NCBI GenBank assembly: GCA_036336835.1
Contig: JAYZFK010000063.1
Span: 1 to 32,661 of the forward strand
Source of the DNA: Myxococcota bacterium
GTDB taxonomy: Bacteria; Myxococcota_A; UBA9160; UBA4427
DNA: 32,661 nt
Direction of reading: 5' to 3'
Part shown: piece by piece, positions 26,684 to 32,661 of the stretch
How positions within the stretch are numbered: the first letter of the stretch is position 1
How the letters are laid out: each line of letters starts with the position of its first letter
Notes under the pieces: generated by a model
Databases searched by the model: none
Told to the model about the DNA's origin: nothing
What the model saw: the letters and a program-made list of their open reading frames with translations, nothing else
Position numbers and translations under genes: made by a program

Positions 26684-27964
26684 TTGAAGCGCCCGATCAT
26701 CGTGGTCGTGGATACCGCGCGAGAGATCGCCAGCGCTCTTGGCGCGGCGTCGTTGCGACGCGGACTCGAAGTCGTCACCGATCCAGCGACCGCGGCATCC
26801 AGCGGGGCACCCATCGTCGCCGGCGTGCTGCCGGCCGAGTCGGTCGACGAACCGACACATTTCGAGCGATTTGCGACGCTACGCCACGCGCTGCGCGGCG
26901 CGCCGCTGATCGCGCTGATCGACCCCAGGGCAATGCCAACCCAGGGCCTGGCCGCAGCCGGCTTCCACGCGGCTATCAGTGCGGCCGCGCCGTACGCCGC
27001 GCTGGCCGAGCGCGGCGTGCAGTCGGCGCTGGCCGCGCGGCGGGCAGTCGATCTCGATCTCGTCGGCGGATCGTCAGCAATGGCTCGGCTGCGCGAAGAG
27101 CTGCTGCTCGCCGCGAACGCGCCGAGCCACCTGCTGTTGCTCGGCGAGACCGGCACCGGCAAGGGAGTCGCCGCGCGCGCGCTGCACGCGCTCTCGCCAC
27201 GGCGCGACGCGCCGTTCGAGACGGTCGACTGCACCGCGCTGTCGCCCGCCCTCGTGGAGAGCGAGCTCTTCGGACACGAGCGGGGAGCCTTTACCGGCGC
27301 CCACGAGCGCCGCCGCGGCCGACTCGAACGCGCCGCGAACGGGACGCTCTTCCTCGACGAGATCGGAGAGCTCGAGCTCGGCCTGCAGGCCAAGCTGCTG
27401 CGCGCGCTCGAAGAGCGACGCTTCGATCGGCTGGGCGGTCGCGAGCCGCTGGGCTTCGCGGCGCGCGTCGTAGCCGCGACGAATCGCGACCTCGAGGCCG
27501 AAGTCCGCGGCGGACGCTTCCGCCGCGATCTGTTCTACCGGCTCGACGTACTGCGAGTTCGTCTGCCACGGCTGCGCGAGCGCCTCGACGATCTGCCGGT
27601 CCTGGTCGACCACCTGCTGCTGCGCGCGGCGCGGCGTCTCGAGCGCGAGCCGATCCGCGCGAGCCGAGCGCTGCTCGATCGGCTGCGCGAACGCGACTGG
27701 CCCGGCAATGTGCGAGAGCTGGCAAACCGCCTCGAGGCGATGGCCGTCCGCGCCATTGGCGAAGAGCTCGACGTCGCCGACCTGCCCTCCGCTGCTCAGA
27801 CACGCGGACCGCGTCCGGTCAGTGAACGCCACCAGCTCGCGGAGTTGCTGCGCGAGTGCGGCGGCAACGTCGCGCGTGTAGCGCGGCGTCTCGGCCGCCC
27901 GCGCAGCACGGTCCGCTACCGGATCGTCCAGTACGACCTGCTGCATCTGATTCCGCGCGACTAG
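26684..27964 (+). CDS. Sigma54-dependent enhancer-binding protein (AAA+ and Fis-type HTH)
   Basis: [49 protein letters not shown] and [24 protein letters not shown] start after GGGAG. Confidence 0.92.
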   Translation: MKRPIIVVVDTAREIASALGAASLRRGLEVVTDPATAASSGAPIVAGVLPAESVDEPTHFERFATLRHALRGAPLIALIDPRAMPTQGLAAAGFHAAISAAAPYAALAERGVQSALAARRAVDLDLVGGSSAMARLREELLLAANAPSHLLLLGETGTGKGVAARALHALSPRRDAPFETVDCTALSPALVESELFGHERGAFTGAHERRRGRLERAANGTLFLDEIGELELGLQAKLLRALEERRFDRLGGREPLGFAARVVAATNRDLEAEVRGGRFRRDLFYRLDVLRVRLPRLRERLDDLPVLVDHLLLRAARRLEREPIRASRALLDRLRERDWPGNVRELANRLEAMAVRAIGEELDVADLPSAAQTRGPRPVSERHQLAELLRECGGNVARVARRLGRPRSTVRYRIVQYDLLHLIPRD

Positions 27965-27976
27965 CATGCTCGGGCA

Positions 27977-28741
27977 TCAGCGCGAGCAGACCTCCCAGTC
28001 CGAGGAGAGGCCCCCTTGCAAGGCACCGATCGCGACGCGCTCTACGCACGGCTCGCCAAGAATGCAGTGCGCGACCCGGCGCGCGGCCTCGAGCTGCGAA
28101 GGGGACTCCACCTTGTTGATCAGGACGGCGACGCGCGCCGCCTGCGGGGCGTCCTTCAGCCCGCCTTGCGAAGAGGTGAGCAGAGCACCGAGCGCCTCGG
28201 GCGTCAAGCTCTCCTCGGGAGCGAGCCCCGTGATCGTGCTCACCCGCTCGGGGCGGTGTGCGACCTCGCGGATCGGTCCCGAGAGCGCGTCGATGCCTAC
28301 GACCGGAACTAGCAGGCTGGTCTCGTCGGGGATCACGGGCTCGTGCGCGGCGGGGGCCTTGACCGGTAGCATGCGCGATCCGTCCGCCTCGACCACGACC
28401 CAATCCACCCCCGGCCGGGCGAGCATCTCCGCGGGAAGCTCGCGGGGCACGCCCACGGCGCGGTCGCCTTCCACCCCCCCGACCACCAGCAGGTGCGAGT
28501 CGAACGCGTCGACCCGCTCCCTCCAGTTCTCATCGGCCAGGCTGCAGACCTCCGCGGCCCGGCCCAGCTGCGCCGCGAAGATGCGCGTCGTGGTGGTCAA
28601 CACGACGCGGCCGGGCAGGCTGCGAGCGAGGGCGAACAACAGGCTGCTCTTCCCCCCGCCGCCGACGATGGCCACGAGCCCGGGGGGGCGCGCGAGACCT
28701 AGCGCCTCGACCGGGCTCGCCGCCCGGGTTGCGTCGCTCAC
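27977..28741 (-). CDS. yqeC: Selenium cofactor biosynthesis protein YqeC
   Basis: IVGGGGKSSL, LTTTTRI, VEADGSRMLPVKAPAAHEPVIP, HRPE and LINKVE; GTG start at 28741. Confidence 0.87.
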   Translation of the reverse strand: MSDATRAASPVEALGLARPPGLVAIVGGGGKSSLLFALARSLPGRVVLTTTTRIFAAQLGRAAEVCSLADENWRERVDAFDSHLLVVGGVEGDRAVGVPRELPAEMLARPGVDWVVVEADGSRMLPVKAPAAHEPVIPDETSLLVPVVGIDALSGPIREVAHRPERVSTITGLAPEESLTPEALGALLTSSQGGLKDAPQAARVAVLINKVESPSQLEAARRVAHCILGEPCVERVAIGALQGGLSSDWEVCSR

Positions 28742-28788
28742 GGCTCGTCCATCGATCGTGCTCGTCGGGTCGCTCGTCGGCGGTCCCC

Positions 28789-29313
28789 TCAGCCGCTGCG
28801 GCTCTTCTCCAGGTGGGACCACGCCGCGGGTAGCGAAATGTCCCGGTTCGGATGGCGCGGCGGGGAGTTGAACTCCGGCGGAGGCCTCCACTCCATCGCT
28901 CGCAGGGTCTCGCCGATGTGCGTCATGTTCAGCATGTCGTGGCTGTAGCAGAAGAGACCGTCTCCGGCGTAGTAGAGGATGGACAGGCCGGCCACCAGCC
29001 ACGGCGTCCCGTCCTCTCGGTGCCCGAGGATCTGATCCCATTGGCTGATCAGGCGATGGCCGTCCACCATGGTCCAGTTCTCCGGGGTCGACCAGCCGTG
29101 GCCCGTCAATCCCGACATGGATGATTCGAAGAAATTGCGAATGGCCTCTCGGCCCTCGACCCGCCCCCACGCGGGATCGATGTACGCGGCATCTTCGGTG
29201 AAGAAGTCGGCCAGGGCCGACCAGCGTTGCTTGCCCACGTCGATCTCTTCGCGCAGCGCGACGAAGCGATCGTAGGTCTCGACCGCCTGCTTCTCGATTG
29301 ATGCCGACGTCAT
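28789..29313 (-). CDS. NTF2/SnoaL-like protein
   Basis: LADFFTEDAAYIDPAWGRVEGREAI and LYYAGDGLF..HD; AGGAGG RBS. Confidence 0.85.
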   Translation of the reverse strand: MTSASIEKQAVETYDRFVALREEIDVGKQRWSALADFFTEDAAYIDPAWGRVEGREAIRNFFESSMSGLTGHGWSTPENWTMVDGHRLISQWDQILGHREDGTPWLVAGLSILYYAGDGLFCYSHDMLNMTHIGETLRAMEWRPPPEFNSPPRHPNRDISLPAAWSHLEKSRSG

Positions 29314-29378
29314 GAAAGCCTCCTCCTGCGACCTCCCCGACGAGAGGCGAGGATCGTCCAGCCCGGGACCAGGCTGCT

Positions 29379-31094
29379 CTACGCGACCAGCTCGTTCTTG
29401 AGCACCACGCCGGGCGTGACTCCGGTGGGCTGGCCGTCGCGCATCAGCACTTGCCCGTTTACCACCGTGGCGTCATAGCCGGTCGCGGTCTGGCTCAGGT
29501 GCGGCGCGCCGGTGGGAAAGTCGTGGTGTAGCTTGGGCAGCGCGATGTCGAGGTTGTCCAGATCGATCACGTTCAGATCCGCGAACGCGCCCCGGCGCAA
29601 CATCCCCCGACCAGTGATCCCCCACATCAGCGCGGGATCGAAGGTGAGCTTGCGCACCGCCCGCTCGAGCGACAGCCGCCGCTTCTCGCGCACCCAGTAG
29701 GCCAGGATGAAGGTGGCGTAGCTGGCGTCGCAGGTCTGCGTCGTGTGGGCCCCGGAATCACCCAGGCCGATCCCCGTAAGCGGGTGGTCGAGCAGCTCCG
29801 CCGCGACATCCAGGTCCGGATTGAAGAGCGGAATCATCAGCAAGCCGTCGAGGTCGGTGGCGAGCAGATGGTCGAACACCACCTCGCCGAAGTGCTTGCC
29901 CTCGCGCTTTGCGATGGCGCGGATACTGCGTTCGGGCGAAGTGTCGTAGGCCAGCACGCCACCACCGACGAGGGGGAAGACGTGGTCCACCGTCGCCATG
30001 CCGCCGAGCACCGAGCCGTCGGCGTTCTGCACGCTCGCCAGCAGCTTGGCCCGTACGTCCGGGTCGCGCAGCGCCCTGCGCTGCTCGTCCTCGGACTTGG
30101 CCAGCAGCTCGAGGGCGCCGGGGAACAGGATCAGGGGGGAAAGCGACAACCCGAATCCGAGTAGCAGCCCCACGCTGCGCGCCGCGACTTGCGGGACGAT
30201 GCGCGCGCCCTGGGCCGCCGACGCCTCCACCTTGCGCATGATGTCCTTCCAGACATCGGGGTAGGCGAGGATCTGGGTGAGGCCGAAGCTGATCGGCCGA
30301 CCGGTCTCGAGGGCGGTCGGAAGCATCCAGGCGTAGTCCGCGTCGAACCCGCTCGCGTCCTCGCCGGCCGCGCCGAGCGGCACCATCTCGAGCACACCGG
30401 TGCCGAACTCCCGCAAGGAGCCGGTCAGGGTGTCGAGCTCTCGTCGGTCCGCGAAGGTGCCGGGAACCGGGTCTCCCGCCGGCGTGCGATGGCCCGTCGT
30501 GCGACCCGTCGCGACTCCCATCGCCCCGGCCCGCATCCCGTCCAGGATCGAGGCCCGCATCGTGGCGAGCTCCTCGTCGGATGCGGCTGCGTCGGTCGCT
30601 CCCTTCTCTCCCATGGCATAGATGCGCAGCGGGGCGTGGCTGATGTGGGATCCCACGTTGAGGCCGAGCGGTATGCGCCCGAGCGCGGCCAGGTATTCGG
30701 AGAACGTCTCCCACTGCCAGTCGACACCGGCCTGCATGGCCGCCTGGGGGATGTCCTCGACCCCCTCCATCAAGAACATCAGATAGTCGCGATCCTTGGG
30801 GCGGCAGGGCGCGAAGCCGACCCCGCAGTTGCCGACGATCACCGAAGTGACACCGTGCATGTTCGAGGGCGATCCCAGCGGATCCCAGGTGATCTGCGCG
30901 TCGAGGTGCGTGTGGACGTCGACGAACCCGGGAGTGACGACCTTGCCTCGCGCGTCGATCTCCTCGCGGGTGTCTCCCGCGTACTTGCCAAGCGAGGCGA
31001 TGCGATCGCCTTCGATGACGACGTCGCTGGTGTAGGGGGCATTGCCGCTGCCGTCGACGACGGTGCCGCCACGAATCACGAGGTCTGCGCTCAT
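29379..31094 (-). CDS. N-acyl-D-amino-acid deacylase family amidohydrolase
   Basis: DLVIRGGTVVDGSG, PGFVDVHTHLD, GVTSVIVGNCGVGFAP, GDSGAH, ADLNVID and TVVNGQV. Confidence 0.9.
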   Translation of the reverse strand: MSADLVIRGGTVVDGSGNAPYTSDVVIEGDRIASLGKYAGDTREEIDARGKVVTPGFVDVHTHLDAQITWDPLGSPSNMHGVTSVIVGNCGVGFAPCRPKDRDYLMFLMEGVEDIPQAAMQAGVDWQWETFSEYLAALGRIPLGLNVGSHISHAPLRIYAMGEKGATDAAASDEELATMRASILDGMRAGAMGVATGRTTGHRTPAGDPVPGTFADRRELDTLTGSLREFGTGVLEMVPLGAAGEDASGFDADYAWMLPTALETGRPISFGLTQILAYPDVWKDIMRKVEASAAQGARIVPQVAARSVGLLLGFGLSLSPLILFPGALELLAKSEDEQRRALRDPDVRAKLLASVQNADGSVLGGMATVDHVFPLVGGGVLAYDTSPERSIRAIAKREGKHFGEVVFDHLLATDLDGLLMIPLFNPDLDVAAELLDHPLTGIGLGDSGAHTTQTCDASYATFILAYWVREKRRLSLERAVRKLTFDPALMWGITGRGMLRRGAFADLNVIDLDNLDIALPKLHHDFPTGAPHLSQTATGYDATVVNGQVLMRDGQPTGVTPGVVLKNELVA

Positions 31095-31172
31095 TTGGGG
31101 GCCTCCGAGTGAGCCTGCTCCAGAGAGTAGCTCGGCCGGAGAGGCGAGGCGGATCGGACGACTTCTGCCAGA

Positions 31173-32660
31173 TCAGGTGCCGCAGAAAGTCTGGTGAACG
31201 ATCTGATCCGACCGCGGCGGCGCGGCATAGCGCGCCTGGCCTGGCTGATCATCGTAAGGCAATGCCAGCACCTGACTGATCTGTTGGAACGGCGCGAGAT
31301 CGTCCTCGTCGACGGCCGCCTTGATCACTTCTTCGATCAGATGATTGCGCGGAATGAAGGCCGGATTGACCGAGCGCATGTCTGACCGGCACTCGGCATG
31401 GGACCGCCTTTCGCTGGCGAGGCGCTTCCGCCAACGCACCACCCAGCTATCGAACGCCGCAGGATCGTCAAACAGGCCGCTCACGCGCTCATTGCTTGCC
31501 GAAGTCTCGTCCATGACATCGCACAATCGGCGGAAGGTAAGCGTGAAGTCTGCGCTGTTGTCCGCCATCCGAGTGAGTAGATCCTGGGCCAACGCTGCGT
31601 CGTCTTCTCGAACCTCCGCTAGCCCGAGTTTGCGTCGCAAGCCAGCGCGATAGAACCCCTCGAACCGCTCCGGAAAAGTCTGGATCATCTCCTTGGCCAG
31701 AGCGACTGCGACTGCTTCATCGTCGCTCATCAGGGGCAACAAGGTCTGCGCAAAACCCGCGAGGTTCCAGTGCGAGATCGAAGGCTGATTGCCGTAGGCG
31801 TACCGGCCCCCGTGATCGATGGAACTGTAGACCGTATCGGGATGGTAACTGTCCATGAAAGCGCAGGGACCATAGTCGATGGTCTCCCCGGCAATAGACA
31901 TGTTGTCGGTGTTCATGACACCGTGAATGAAGCCGATCAGTTGCCAGCAGGCGACCAACTCCGCCTGGCGATCGATCACCGCACTCAGCAGCGCGAGGTA
32001 GGGCCGGTCCGCATCAGACGCTGCAGGATAGTGACGGGCGATCACATGATCCGCGAGCATTCGAACGGCCTCGACGTCGCTTCGGGCAGCGAAGAACTGG
32101 AAAGTGCCCACCCGGATGTGGCTTTGCGCCACCCGGGTCAGCACAGCGCTCGGCAGGGAGGCCTCGCGCATGATGTGTTCGCCCGTCGTCACCACAGCCA
32201 ACGACCGAGTGGTCGCGATGCCCAGCCGAGCCATCGCCTCACTCACGATGTATTCGCGCAACACGGGTCCCAGTCCGGCACGCCCATCCCCCCGGCGTGA
32301 GAAAGGTGTAGGGCCCGCACCCTTGAGTTGGATGTCGCGTCGGACGCCATCCCGATCAATCAATTCCCCAAGAAGAATCGCCCGGCCATCGCCCAGCTGG
32401 GGCACCCAGTTGCCAAACTGAAAGCCCGCATAGGCCATGGCCAGTGGCTCAGCACCGTCCGGCAGCCGGTTCCCAGCCAGGATCGCGATGCCTTCGGGCG
32501 TGGCCAACTGCTCGGGCCTGAGCCCGAGTTGAAGGGCCAGGCTCTCGTTCAGCGAGATGAGACCCGGACCGCGTACCGGGGTAGGCGGCAGGCGTTCAAA
32601 GAAGCGTTCCGGAAGCCGCGCATAACTATTATCGAAGGGGAAGAATGAGTCGTGTGTCAT
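31173..32660 (-). CDS. selO: Protein adenylyltransferase SelO/YdiU family
   Basis: AYAGFQFG..QLGDGRA, QLKGAGPTPFSRRGDGRA, REYIVSEAM, SHIRVGTFQ, GFIHGVMNTDN, IDYGP, NPAFIPRNH and C-terminal TFCGT. Confidence 0.95.
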   Translation of the reverse strand: MTHDSFFPFDNSYARLPERFFERLPPTPVRGPGLISLNESLALQLGLRPEQLATPEGIAILAGNRLPDGAEPLAMAYAGFQFGNWVPQLGDGRAILLGELIDRDGVRRDIQLKGAGPTPFSRRGDGRAGLGPVLREYIVSEAMARLGIATTRSLAVVTTGEHIMREASLPSAVLTRVAQSHIRVGTFQFFAARSDVEAVRMLADHVIARHYPAASDADRPYLALLSAVIDRQAELVACWQLIGFIHGVMNTDNMSIAGETIDYGPCAFMDSYHPDTVYSSIDHGGRYAYGNQPSISHWNLAGFAQTLLPLMSDDEAVAVALAKEMIQTFPERFEGFYRAGLRRKLGLAEVREDDAALAQDLLTRMADNSADFTLTFRRLCDVMDETSASNERVSGLFDDPAAFDSWVVRWRKRLASERRSHAECRSDMRSVNPAFIPRNHLIEEVIKAAVDEDDLAPFQQISQVLALPYDDQPGQARYAAPPRSDQIVHQTFCGT

Positions 32661-32661
32661 C

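Noticed and set aside
27965..27990. yqeC ends C-S-R-TGA, resembling a CxxU selenoprotein motif
   Set aside because: The protein is already of typical YqeC length, readthrough enters the antisense shadow of the sigma54 activator, and no SECIS is evident.
31095..31175. selO ends C-G-T-TGA and reads in frame through 26 codons into the deacylase, suggesting Sec readthrough or a fusion
   Set aside because: TFCGT is a normal bacterial SelO C-terminus whose Cys already matches the Sec position; the deacylase has its own GGAGG RBS and a TACTCT -10; I saw no convincing SECIS.
1..32661. CRISPR arrays, tRNA/rRNA, IS elements, integrases, recognisable defence genes
   Set aside because: No regularly spaced repeats or matching motifs were seen, and intergenic gaps are all about 210 bp or less.

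Overview
A gene-dense, high-GC bacterial chromosome segment with about 25 real CDSs. Many long ORFs in the supplied track are antisense or frameshifted shadow ORFs, and several real genes start well downstream of the listed start. Gene content suggests a Myxococcota/deltaproteobacterial-type genome (inference only). (1) 1-7.7 kb is a lipid/aromatic catabolism block: a truncated gene missing from the ORF track, an exported RNase Z-like MBL hydrolase, an amidohydrolase divergent from a TetR gene with a palindromic operator, an acyl-CoA ligase, a CMD-family protein and two SDRs. (2) 7.7-26.5 kb is a cell-surface glycan modification region: two Thr-type sulfatase-like lipoproteins, an epimerase, three GT-C membrane glycosyltransferases, two SAM methyltransferases, a translationally coupled GT9 + radical SAM pair and a metallophosphoesterase-CBM9-like lipoprotein. 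Inside it sits a DUF6502-like + DUF5666-like two-gene cassette with its own AT-rich sigma70 promoter, an apparently leaderless start and a palindrome over the -10 box; this is the best candidate for an uncharacterised system. (3) 26.7-32.7 kb holds a sigma54 activator, yqeC, a SnoaL-like gene, a D-aminoacylase-family amidohydrolase and a lower-GC selO/ydiU. I saw no tRNA, rRNA, CRISPR array or transposase. Family names come from motif recognition, not database searches.
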